From NCBI RefSeq assembly GCF_006345805.1, contig NW_021835190.1:1-45072 (forward strand): 45,072 bases of DNA, given 5' to 3'. A program made the position numbers and the translations under genes. This document shows positions 1-11,654 of this stretch, in pieces; position 1 is the first letter of the stretch, and each line of letters opens with the position of its first letter. Under the pieces are notes generated by a model. That model had not been told where the DNA came from, ran no database searches, and saw only the letters and a program-made list of their open reading frames with translations. The DNA comes from Octopus sinensis (lineage: Eukaryota).

Positions 1-301
1 AAATTTCGCCACAGACATATCCCTCTGCAAATTGAAATCAAAATAATCACGCGTTTTTGATAGTCGATATTTTATGTTAAGTTTTGCCCGTTGAAGAATT
101 ATGGCAATTTTTCCTTTGGTGACATTTTGTGAGCAAGAGATTCAGATATAAGAGTTAACTTGCATTTCCATATTATACCTAATAAAAATTAGATTCATTT
201 TCTCGAAATGCAGTTTCTCCCATAACGATGGCTTCCTCTGGTTACACAACAAAATGCCTGATTCAGGAATGATTTCTCAAAGGCATCGTCATGAAATATC
301 G

Positions 302-461
302 TAGGCGTGGTTGTGTGGTAAAAAGAATTGCTTCTCAAGCACATGGTTCTGGGTTCAGTCTCACTGCGTAGCAACTTGGGCAAATGTCTTCTAGAAAAGC
401 TTTGGCCTAACCAAAGCCTTATGACTGGATTTAGTAGACAGAAAACGAAAGAAGTACGTCG
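302..461 (+). mobile_element. Degenerate tRNA-derived SINE head (family A)
   Basis: Diverged match to the head at 4533, 27575 and 29276 (GGTTGTGTGG...GGTTCAGTCTC...CTTGGGCAAATGTCTTCT). Confidence 0.7.
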
Positions 462-485
462 TTTAAATATGTATGTATATATATA

Positions 486-522
<37 letters not shown>

Positions 523-523
<1 letters not shown>

Positions 524-913
524 AATGAAGGATAAAATTTTTTTCGAAAAAAATATTCTTTTCCAAAAAATATTTTATCAATGGCCAGCATATCAAAAAA
601 TACCTTTAAAGGTTAAACCTATAAACAATTCATAATTAAGGGCAAACGAAAAAATTTCTAATGCCAGATATGACGAAAAATTGGACACATTGTCCAATAA
701 CCATATAATTTTTTCACAATATGCACGCTACTCGAAAAAAGTCCACAGAAATTTCTAAAACATTACATTATTACCATATCGGACCGATTTCAGGGTTAGC
801 TTATAACAGCCCTCCCTTCGTCAGTGATACATGTGGCTAAAAGAAATAAATGAGATACTTACTCATACCCATGGAAGAAGCAAACCCTAAGTCATGAGCA
901 CGATTTATCCTTC

Positions 914-915
<2 letters not shown>
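523..915 (-). mobile_element. Short non-autonomous element in (TA)n with 14-bp inverted ends and an internal HHR motif; probable PLE pseudo-LTR derivative
   Basis: TAATGAAGGATAAA at the left end and TTTATCCTTCATTA at the right end, (TA)n flanks, HHR-like motif at 776-830. Confidence 0.5.
776..830 (-). ncRNA. Degenerate minimal type I hammerhead ribozyme motif
   Basis: Minus strand: GUAUC-A-CUGACGA-AGGG[18 nt]CCCU-GAAA-UCG-GUC-C-GAUAU. Core intact; A/C mismatch at the base of stem I; U.G pair in stem III. Confidence 0.6.
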
Positions 916-947
<32 letters not shown>

Positions 948-1092
948 TATATATATATATATATATATAATATATATATATATGCGGCTCTCTTCAGCCG
1001 CAAACATTGTTAGCCCTTTGTGTTCTGTTTTTAGTTTATGTTGAGATATATATATATGTAACATATATATGTATATATATATATATATATCT

Positions 1093-1134
<42 letters not shown>

Positions 1135-1239
1135 TTACTGAATTTACTTGTTTCAGTCGCTAGACTGCGGCCCTGCTGGAGCATCGCCTTGAAATATGTA
1201 CATACTTATATGTATGTATGTATTTAAGAATATAGATAT

Positions 1240-1440
1240 GAAAGCGCTGAGCAGGCAATATGAGCAGCATGCCGGACTAAATATTTAGCGGCATTTTCTC
1301 CGTCCTTACGTTCTGAGTTACAATACCGCGGAGGTTGATTTTGCCGTTCATCCTTTCGGATTCGATAAAATGCATACCTGTTGATCACTGGGATCGATCT
1401 AATTAATTTAAATATACCCCGAAATTGGTAGCCTTCGGCC
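1240..1440 (+). mobile_element. Degenerate SINE family C
   Basis: TTAGCGGCATTT...GTTCTGAGTT...TTCATCCTTTCGGATTCGATAAAAT, homologous to 33102 and 39820. Confidence 0.7.
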
Positions 1441-1742
1441 AAAATACGAAGCTGTCGTGTACATGTTAATGTGTTTGTATGTGTATGTGTGTGTTTATGT
1501 ATGTGTGTTTGTACATATGTGTGCACGCGCGCATGTTTGTATGTGTGAGTGTGTGTGTGTGTGTGTGTGTAAGTACTAGGGTCAGTTCGTTTGATTAAAA
1601 AAATAAAATGGCCGCACTCCTATGACTTAAATAAGTAAACGATAAAACACATGTTAGTGTGAGAGCGTGTGTATATTTGCATGCGTGTATGTTCATAGTA
1701 TGCATAACTAAATATATTTATGATAACATATATATATAATAT

Positions 1743-1783
<41 letters not shown>

Positions 1784-1876
1784 ATATATATATAAAATAA
1801 TATATAATATAAAGAATATAATATATATATATATATATTTGTATATATATATATATATATATAATATATTATATTA

Positions 1877-1907
<31 letters not shown>

Positions 1908-3046
1908 TATGTTTGCGTGTGTGTGTATGTGCTTTCTTTGTGTAGAGAATTCGCCGCTATTTCAATATAGATACGTTTATCTGTGAAAATGCGATAGTCT
2001 TTGAATTGAAATTTTGTCTCCATCAATTAAGTTAAATAGATTGAAACATTGACATCAACTGTACAAAAGCTATTTAAAACTAACTTGAGATAATTCGTCA
2101 AAAATTAAAACATACAGACACCTCGAATTAGTTATGATGACTCACGTAACTGTATACATAAATCAAAGACACATAAATATATATATATATATATATATAT
2201 GTGTGTATGTATGGTGTAAATATAAGTTTATGTATAGTCTATATATATATATATTAATATATATATAATATAATATATATATATATGTGTGTGGTGTGTG
2301 TTGTGTGTATAATATATATATATAATATGCATGTGTGAGGCAGAAACCATCAAGTAGTTCTTATGTTAAGTAGCAAATTTCATTTCATATCGAATGTCGA
2401 TGTACGTCATTTAGTTCAACATTCGCTCAGTTAGTTACATATAGATAACTATACATACTCATACATATACATACGCACACGCACGCTCACAAACACACAT
2501 ACATATATATATACACGTACAGATATATATATATATATATATTCATATACATATACATATACACTCAAAAACCAGTACCTGTCTAACCGCAATTATAGAA
2601 CAAGTCTGACTTTCTGTTTTCAATTTGTTTCACTTAAGATCGTCATTATTTATAAAAATTTACAATTCTCATTTTCAAAGAAAAGAAAAAAAATAAATAT
2701 AGATAAATCTTGGTTTTATGTTTTTCGGGTTTTTTTTTCTTGTTTTTTTTTTTCCTTGCGGTGTTGGAAAATAACAATTCATTAAAATTATACGAGTTTA
2801 CGATTCTTTATAAAATCATGTCAGTGAGTGTGTACGTGTGTATGTGTGTGTGTATGTGTGTGTTTGTGCGTGTACTCAGCGAAAAAAAAAGAGAGAAAGA
2901 AATAAAGAATGGCAGAAAGAAAGAAAGAAAGAATGAATGAATGAAAGCAAGAACGAAAGAAACAAAGAAAGAGAATAAAAGCGCTTGGGTGTATATATTC
3001 TTTCACATTTTGGCATATTTTTCGAACGTACATGTGCTTGAAAATT

Positions 3047-3086
<40 letters not shown>

Positions 3087-3236
3087 ATGTGAGTGTGTGT
3101 GTGTGTGTGCATGTGTGTGTGTGTGCATGTGTATGTGTGTGTTTGAGTATATGTGTGTGTGTTTGTGCATGTATGTATAGATACATATTGATATATATAT
3201 ATATACACATATATGTATATTATACATATAAAATAC

Positions 3237-3281
<45 letters not shown>

Positions 3282-3449
3282 TACATACATAAACATACAT
3301 ACAAACCTGAGTATGCGTCCGTAATTATATACGTATATACAAAGTTATTTTATATCTTTAATAAATTCTACATAATTATACAAACGTTATATCTGTACCT
3401 GTAGTGCTAATATTAGACATATATGCTATATATATATATATATATATAT

Positions 3450-3500
<51 letters not shown>

Positions 3501-4532
3501 ATGCACACATATATACACATTTAGATAGTCTATGTACAATATGTATATGCATAATATATGTATACACACACACACATACACACGCACACATAATATCGTA
3601 TCAAACAGTTAATAAAATGTTATTCGTTCTAGCTCCTGCTTGGATTATATTTATACAGTTTTTAATTTTCTTTTTGTTTCTTTTTTGTCTTTTTGTTTTT
3701 GCTATTGTTATTTATTATTGTCTTTTTAAGTAAAAAATTTAAAAACCTCTCAAATTTCTCTTTGATCTTTGATGCATTAAAAAACATTCTTAAAATACAT
3801 TTTCACATATTGATTGATATTTATTAATTATATGTATAATATATATACCTAAATATATATATAAATATATACAGACACACATACATATTCACACACATAC
3901 ACACGCACACACACACATATATATTTACATACGCATATATATATATTGACATATACATATATATATATATATATGTATGCGAATATATAGACGTATTAGC
4001 AGTTGAAATATTTTTGCCATCATTTTTGATTTTTATGTCACGTTTTTTTAGTTCTGTCATAAAAGTGCTTATATCAAACTTAATAATAATATACTACAAA
4101 ACGTGATACCGCAAAAAACATATCTGATAAGTACTAATTAGAACCTACTTCTGAAAAGTGCATTTATGTATGTATTATATTTTTTTTTCTGCTTTCATTT
4201 TTAATATACAAACGGTACATTCTTTGCTTTTAGATTATACGTTCTAACATTCTTGTCAGTCACAGCAACAGTGTATGGAATGTCCATTATTGGTTTCGAA
4301 AAGAATCTGCATAGGAAATTTTCATCAAAATATTGTTCCTTGTTTTTTGTACAAAGAAATCTGATGTTATCTAACATACACAAAGGTGTGAGTATACACA
4401 TAGTTAAATACACAGCGACATGCATATGTTGATACAAGCACGTTAAGTAAAGAACGTCGAAGCTGATGCAAATATACACAAAATAGCTTATTCAGATCGA
4501 TGTTTCAACGTGTTGCGTGAAATATAAAGATA

Positions 4533-5355
4533 GGCGTGGTAGTGGCTGTGTGGTAAGTAGCTTGCTTGCGAACAAAATGGTTCCGGGTTCATTCCCACTG
4601 CGTGGAACCTTGGGCAAGTGTCCCCACTATAGCCTCGGGCCGACCAAAGCCATGTGAATGGATTTGGTAGACGGAAACTGAAAGAAGCCCGTCGTATATA
4701 TGTATATGTATATATGTGGCTGTTTGGTAAGTAGCTTGCTAACCAACCACATGGTTCCGGGTTCAGTCCCACTGCGTGGCATCTTGGGCACGCGTCTTCT
4801 GCTATAGCCCCGGGCCGACCAGTGCCTTGTGAGTGGATTTGGTAGACGGAAACTGAAAGAAGCCTGTCGTATATATGTATGTATATATAAGTGTGTGTGA
4901 ATATGTTTGTTTGTTCCCCTAGCATTGCTTGACAACCGATGCTGGTGTGTTTACGTCCCCGTAACTTAGCGGTTCGGCAAAAGAGACCGATAGAATAAGT
5001 ACTGGGCTTACAAAGAATAAGTCCCGGGGTCGATTTGCTCGACTAAAGGCGGTGCTCCAGCATGGCCGCAGTCAAATGACTGAAACAAGCAAAAAGAGTA
5101 AAAAAAGAGAAAAGAGTATATATATGTATGTGTGTGTGTGTGTGTGTTTCTGTGTCTGTGTTTGTCCCCCCAACATCGCTTGACAACCGATGCTGGTGTG
5201 TTTACGTCCCAGTAACTTATCGGTTCTACAAAAGAGACCGATAGAGTAAGTACTAGGCTTACAAAGAATAAGTCTTGGTGTCGATTTGCTCGACTAAAGG
5301 CGGTGCTCCAGCATGGCCACAGTCAAATGACTGAAACAAAAGAGTAAAAGAGTAA
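4533..5355 (+). mobile_element. Two family A SINEs arranged head-head-tail-tail (probable nested insertion)
   Basis: Heads at about 4533-4700 and 4717-4880 (A box TGGCTGTGTGG, B-box-like GGTTCAGTCCC). Tails at about 4906-5112 and 5150-5355, ending CAGCATGGCC.CAGTCAAATGACTGAAACAA. Confidence 0.9.
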
Positions 5356-5786
5356 ATTACTAACATACAAACTCAAACAGATTATTCGCTTTTGGAACAG
5401 GATCTCGAAGTACATAAGAAATAGCATGCCAATGTTGGATTGAAAAACAACTTTAGATAAAATAAAATAATACGTCATTGGCTGTGTGCAGGTGCAGAAC
5501 TTCCAAACATTACTTTAATCCCAAGGCAGAATGCCTGTCATGTGTACAGGATACGCAGGTTAGAATCTGACGAGCAGCCATCAAATTATTCAACCCAAAA
5601 GTGTTTTCGACCCAGTTTTTACATACTATTACTTATAGCTTTATGTGTGCTTCGAGGGTCATAATTCCCAAGAAAGATTATTACACGTTCATTCGAAAGC
5701 TTATGAAATTAATGGTATAAAACAATGTAATCTTCTCTTCAGGGAAATGAACACACACACACACACACACACAGACACACACATCA

Positions 5787-5821
<35 letters not shown>

Positions 5822-5942
5822 GTGTTGAAATTTACAGAAAAACAAAAGACAAAGACAGGTGTACATATATATATATATATTATATAGATATATATATATA
5901 TATATATATACATACATATAGTTTTTACTTAAAAAATTCTGC

Positions 5943-6216
5943 CCACAGCTCTTCAATATCCTTCCGAAGGACCTGAGAGACCAGCATGGGGTGGATACAG
6001 ATGTCTTTAAAATAAAACTGGATCTATTCCTGTCAGGTGTCCCAGATGAACCAACTTCACGGCAGGAGGTGCAGATGAGGGCAGCTGCATCAAACTCTCT
6101 CATGCACAAAATGGCAATTGCTAAAAAGCATTCGTGAAGTAAAATCATGTAGCAACACCAAATGGCGGTGCCCCAGCATGGCCACAGCTCGTGAGCTGAA
6201 ACTAGATGAAATAAAA
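5943..6216 (+). mobile_element. 3' end of a non-LTR retrotransposon (ORF2 C-terminus plus 3' UTR), 5'-truncated
   Basis: Frame 5943-6137 reads PQLFNILPKDLRDQHGVDTDVFKIKLDLFLSGVPDEPTSRQEVQMRAAASNSLMHKMAIAKKHS*, a typical LINE ORF2 end (LFN.LP..LR...FK..LD..L..VPDEP). The UTR ends GATGAAATAAAA. Confidence 0.8.
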
Positions 6217-6455
6217 TTCACCCCATCAACAAAGAATTTCGTAGGCGAGACAAAGGAACTCCTCACGTTCAGCTGGCCTAAAGCATGACGAACACTCGGC
6301 TGCATGTGCCTGAAGAGCCAGATTCATCTAACGGCCTACGAATCTCTAAGTTGCATGGAGCACAGCCAATTTTTTTCATTTAATAAGAATATATGTAATT
6401 CCTCTAAAATGTGTTGAGTGTCAACTTCCTCTGTATTTTTACCACATATATATAA

Positions 6456-6499
<44 letters not shown>

Positions 6500-6781
6500 G
6501 CATGTATATAAACACATTCACACACACGCTCCTATATATGTGTGTGAAGACGCGTAGCTTAGTGATTAGGCTGTTTCACTTACGATCGCTAGATCAACGG
6601 TTCGATCCCCAGACCCGTGGTGCCTTGTATTTTTTTTCTCAAAACGCTTCATTTCAAGTTGATCTTCAGACCACCCCGTTTCGATCAGTGCCACGATGTT
6701 GGCCTCCTTGCCAATTCATTCGAAGGCTAAAATAATGCAAGTCGCATTGTGACCAGAGATGTGTAACAATGTCTGATATAT

Positions 6782-6931
6782 ACTCTTTACTCTTTTACCT
6801 GTTTCAGTCATTTGACTGCGGCCATGCTGGAGCACCACCTTTAGTCGAGCAAATCGACCCCGGGACTTAGTCTTTGTAAGCCCAGTACTTATTCATCGGT
6901 CTCCTTTGCTGAACCGCCTAAGGGACGGGGA
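6782..6931 (-). mobile_element. SINE family A 3' tail
   Basis: Reverse complement of the tail at 4960-5110. Confidence 0.85.
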
Positions 6932-6959
6932 CGGAAACTATACCATACATATATATATA

Positions 6960-7023
<64 letters not shown>

Positions 7024-7211
7024 ATATAGATATAGATATCACACATACACACACACATATATATATGCATATATATGAGTGGTTTAACTCTACACAACAT
7101 TTGATCCCTATAAACAAATCATCTGTACGGCTGTTTGGCAAGAAATTGTCGAACCTGCGTCGTCTAACGAGATTTCGTCTCATATATATATAATATATAT
7201 ATATATATATA

Positions 7212-7261
<50 letters not shown>

Positions 7262-7559
7262 TTAAAGTGTGAAGAAGAAGTAATACCTGATCTCTTTCTC
7301 CCGACTGAAAGGTTCTCCGATTAAACGTATGGGTGCATGTAAGCCTGTTTCTTAGTGTTTGCTTGTCGGGCGAGAAATCATTGATTATTTTCCTGTTCTT
7401 CTCGTAGATTGTTCTGTGAAATTTATTCGAAAAACTTCCTATCCTTTATTAATGTTACTGAGATAATTAATCCATAATTATTTATATTTTAGTAGAATAT
7501 TTTCATCTTTAATTAGCTCCATCTACAATAGCAGCGCAAAAGATAATTTACCATCAGCA

Positions 7560-7661
7560 TTGTCAGCGTCACCATCATCATCATCATCATCATCGTCTTC
7601 ATCCCCACCATCACCGCCACTACCACCACCATCATCATCGTTATTATTATTATTATTATTA

Positions 7662-7707
<46 letters not shown>

Positions 7708-7750
7708 TCATCATCATTATTATCATCATCTTTATTATTATTATTATTAC

Positions 7751-7797
<47 letters not shown>

Positions 7798-7925
7798 TAA
7801 TTATTATTATTAGTATTAGTATTATTATTATATTATTATTATTATCATCATCTTTATTATTATTATTATTACTATTATTATTATATAATAATAATATAAT
7901 AATTATTATTATTATTATATTATTA

Positions 7926-7965
<40 letters not shown>
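7560..7965. repeat. (CAT)n/(TTA)n trinucleotide microsatellite
   Basis: Direct reading. Confidence 0.95.
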
Positions 7966-8084
7966 TAAGTTGATATTCATAAAATTGTAATTTTGTTTTT
8001 AATACATATATTTTCCGCTTTATTTTTCTGACGTTATCTCAAATAACTTAATCCAGGCTTCCCCACTTCCTCTTTACACACACA

Positions 8085-8147
<63 letters not shown>

Positions 8148-8351
8148 TGTAATTCCCTTTAATAACTCGTGAGCCATTAATATTTTTTTGCGTATATTTC
8201 GATAACACCAAGTTAATGAAGCCGACACAAATTCAAAAGATCCGTATCCATTGAAAGCGAAATGAGAAATATAGCCTTGCTCTCCTACTCCATGTGTATG
8301 CAAGTATATATGTATATATGTTTGTATGGATGTGTATATATTGTATATATG

Positions 8352-8454
<103 letters not shown>

Positions 8455-8828
8455 TGAAAGTATGTATATATATATGTGTATATATATATATATATGTACA
8501 TACACATGCTTTCAGAGACATAAACACTGACACACACACATATATATATACACTCATTTTATACTTATATACATATGTATTTATGTGCAAATATTTACAT
8601 TAATATGCATACACATATGCACACATATTTTGTATGTGTGTATATAGATATATGCAAATGCGTATATATGTGTGTGTATGTGTGTGTGTGTGTATGACTG
8701 TATCTATCTGTGTATAGATATATAACTGTATGTCTACACACATACATGTATGCATATACTCATACATACACACACTCAAATACACATATATACATACATA
8801 CATCTGCATAATATATATGTATACATAC

Positions 8829-8898
<70 letters not shown>

Positions 8899-9594
8899 AA
8901 ACTGAGCGATCACAAATGTTACTCCGTGTTTCACAACTTATTGTCAGAATATTATTAGAAAATATTCTCGGTTGATTATTTCCCCGACTTTCCATAAGTG
9001 GTTAGGAGAGACCCAGATGAGCATCTTTGGAAGATTCTGCTTTCAGCAAACTATTTTGTTTTCTCTTTTAACCCTCCGTAGATTGTTTCTCACTTAATTT
9101 ATCTTTAACACATTCCTCAGTCCTTCCATGTAAGCACTAATATAGACCAGTAACAATAGATATTCCACGAGATATTTTGCCATCAATTTGTGAAATGGAT
9201 TTAAACAGTTTCTGCTGCGTGTGTAGCATTATCACAAATACTTTACTAGTGTTTGCGTAAGCTATCTTATGTCTAAACAGCAACGCATTAACTCCTGTGT
9301 TAAAGGAGTTGGGAAGCTTATATTCCTGAGATCCAGGCAACTGTTTATATGTTTCCTTGTCCCCGTGAATGTAATTTTGAAGCAATTTTTTGCAGAGCTA
9401 GTGTATATTTCTTGACCAAGGTTAGGAACATACAGGGTTATACATAGGTATGGGTGAACTGTCATTAATCGTTATGTAAAGAACGAACATACGTTTGAAT
9501 TCGCAAATGAAAGACGCATGATTTCGTATTTCATTACTGATCACTGGGGGCTACACACAGAGGGGACCAACAATGACAGACAAACGGATTAAGT

Positions 9595-9681
9595 CCGTTT
9601 AACCTCGTATATAGTACGCACCAGGGATTTTGACCTTTAAATTTTGGGGAAAAAATGCCGATTATACACGAGGATTTACGG
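9595..9681. mobile_element. Miniature Tc1/pogo-like (Tc2-type) TIR element remnant
   Basis: Left CCGTTTAACCTCGTATATAGT is an imperfect inverted repeat of right ATTATACACGAGGATTTACGG, followed by TA. Confidence 0.45.
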
Positions 9682-10032
9682 TATGTATTTGTTGAACATC
9701 ATGAAACTCACAGCCTTCACGTTTATTATTGATCGCATTATATCATCAGTAGCGTATTCACAAATTTACACGGTTTTGATTTAATGCGGTTAAGTAGGTT
9801 TTTAATTTTACTGTCACTGTATTCTATTATTACTGTTAATTTCTCATCTGGTGTGAAGCATTTGTCTTCTGTTTTACGAGATTTTTAACAATTTGTCCAT
9901 TTATTTTATAGTTAGTATGCATTTGTCTCATACATTTTATGTGTGATCTGTGTATTCTCAACAGGTATTGCATCTGTTGAATTTGATGCGTTGTATTTCA
10001 TCTTGTATTGCTCTATGAGTCGGTCTGCTAAA

Positions 10033-10115
10033 ATAGGCGGAGATAGGCGGAGATAGAATGAGATAGGCGGAGATAGAGAGAGATAGGCGGAGATAGAGTG
10101 AGATAGGCGGAGATA
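10033..10115. repeat. Minisatellite, ~20-bp unit AGATAGGCGGAGATAGANTG
   Basis: About four units built from AGATAGGCGG submotifs. Confidence 0.9.
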
Positions 10116-10599
10116 TGATGCTCATGGAAAATACTCCATAAAAAACCATGGGTACCAGACTTTGGGGGCAGGCGCCTTTTTGTACTTACCTTTTTTCCAA
10201 CTACAGGCATATGCTCGGGTTAGGTCCGTTCCTTCGCACCATTCTCGCCACTTTCATCCACCTTTCAACGAACTGGTTAGGAGTTTGCCCTTATTCTCCT
10301 TCTCAAGTGAAACATGAAGTAATGACAATAATTGAGAGGGAAATCGGTTTAAAAGCTTCAGTTGAGAAGTTGAGAAGTGATTAGACAGACATGTGATAAA
10401 AGCTTTTTCAGCGATAATCATCGTCTCATTCATTATGTATTTAACCCTACATTACCCGATGAGTTCTTCCATTTTATAAAGATGCAGAGAGATTTAGCTT
10501 CTATTTCTACAAGACTAAGCACAAAGAGACTTTCTAAATGCTATTTCGCTGCCGCCGCTGCTGCTGTTGCTATTGCTGCTGTTTTTGCTGTTGTTGCTG

Positions 10600-10970
10600 C
10601 TGTTGAGCGAACGGTCTTCGTCCCAGAGCTCGCAAGATGGGAGAAGTCCGAAACGTGGTCCTTTGCTATTCGTAAGACCCGCAGAAGAGAAAGCAGATCA
10701 ACCCCCGACACCGAGAGCATCGACGGATGGATGAATGCGCATCCAGGCTCAGCGGTTGCGTAATAAGTCGGGGACAAGAAACAGGAAGAAAGAGTGAGAG
10801 AAAGCTGGGGCGAAAGAGTACAACAGGGGTCGCCACCACCCCCTGCCGGAGCCTCGTAGAGCTTTAGGTGCTTTCGCTCAATAAACACACACAACGCTCG
10901 GCCCGGGAATCGAAACCGCGATCTTCCGACCGCGAGTCCGCTGCCCTAACCAATGGGCCATTGCGCCTCC
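10600..10970 (-). mobile_element. tRNA-derived SINE family B (tRNA-Arg-like head; possibly octopus OR type)
   Basis: Minus strand: GGAGGCGCAATGGCCCATTGGTTAGGGCAGCGGACTCGCGGTCGGAAGATCGCGGTTTCGATTCCC, with A/B boxes and a TCG anticodon-like loop. Confidence 0.9.
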
Positions 10971-11654
10971 TGCTATTGCTGCTGTTGTTGTGGTTATCGC
11001 TATTGTTATTATCGCTGCTGTTGTTGTTGGTGTTGTTTTGTTTGTTAAAGCTTCGAATATCCGCACAACGTGTCTTATCTCTCTGACCGATTGGCTGCTT
11101 CTAGAACATTCCGCCGACGTTCATTAGACATAAACCAATAAACAGTGAAGTCATTAAACAATATTAGCAATGTATCATTAACATATCGACTTTCAATGGT
11201 ATCACATCACAGGGGGACCTACAGCTAACCTCCGTTATCTCAAAAACACTCCCTTTTACACGTACATCGCACGTACATACGCGTGAGCGAGCGCGTGTGT
11301 TTATGCACAAACACTCACACACAAACACACACATACACACATACATACACACACACACACACACACAAATATCTATACAAACACATACGGAAGTAAGTGT
11401 CAATCGACACTTACTCATTCAAGTAAGAAGCAAACAAGATAATATTATTAGTATGGGTGTGTATGTGTATGTTGTTGTGAGGGTACGCAGCAAAAGCCAA
11501 ACAAAACCAAAATATACAACAACAAAAACCTCAAAGACAAAAACAGGTCGGAGATACTACCACATTAAGGGATATAACAGAGGATACATAATAGAAATTA
11601 GAGAAATAAATAATAAAAAATAATTAGAATCATCAATAGAAGAGTAATCCACTT

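Noticed and set aside
5680-5750. Minus-strand CTGAAGA-GAAG...CTTTC-GAAT
   Set aside because: GAAT rather than GAAA, and no credible NUH or stem I.
6310-6345. CTGAAGA followed by GCC...GGC
   Set aside because: No GAAA after stem II and no stem I/III.
8990-9470. ORF-like minus-strand region (ORFs 9137-9385 and 9262-9465)
   Set aside because: Possibly a decayed TE, but no recognisable motif; not assignable.
10624-10665. HHR-like fold CAGAG...GGA[GAAG]UCC-GAAAC-GUG-GUC-CUUUG antisense to a SINE tail
   Set aside because: The 5' core reads CUCGCAAGAUG, not CUGANGA; too deviant to call.
10890-10970. tRNA-Arg-like sequence (also 27244, 41870, 42180)
   Set aside because: Continues into a shared SINE body and lacks a proper acceptor stem; these are SINE heads, not tRNA genes.
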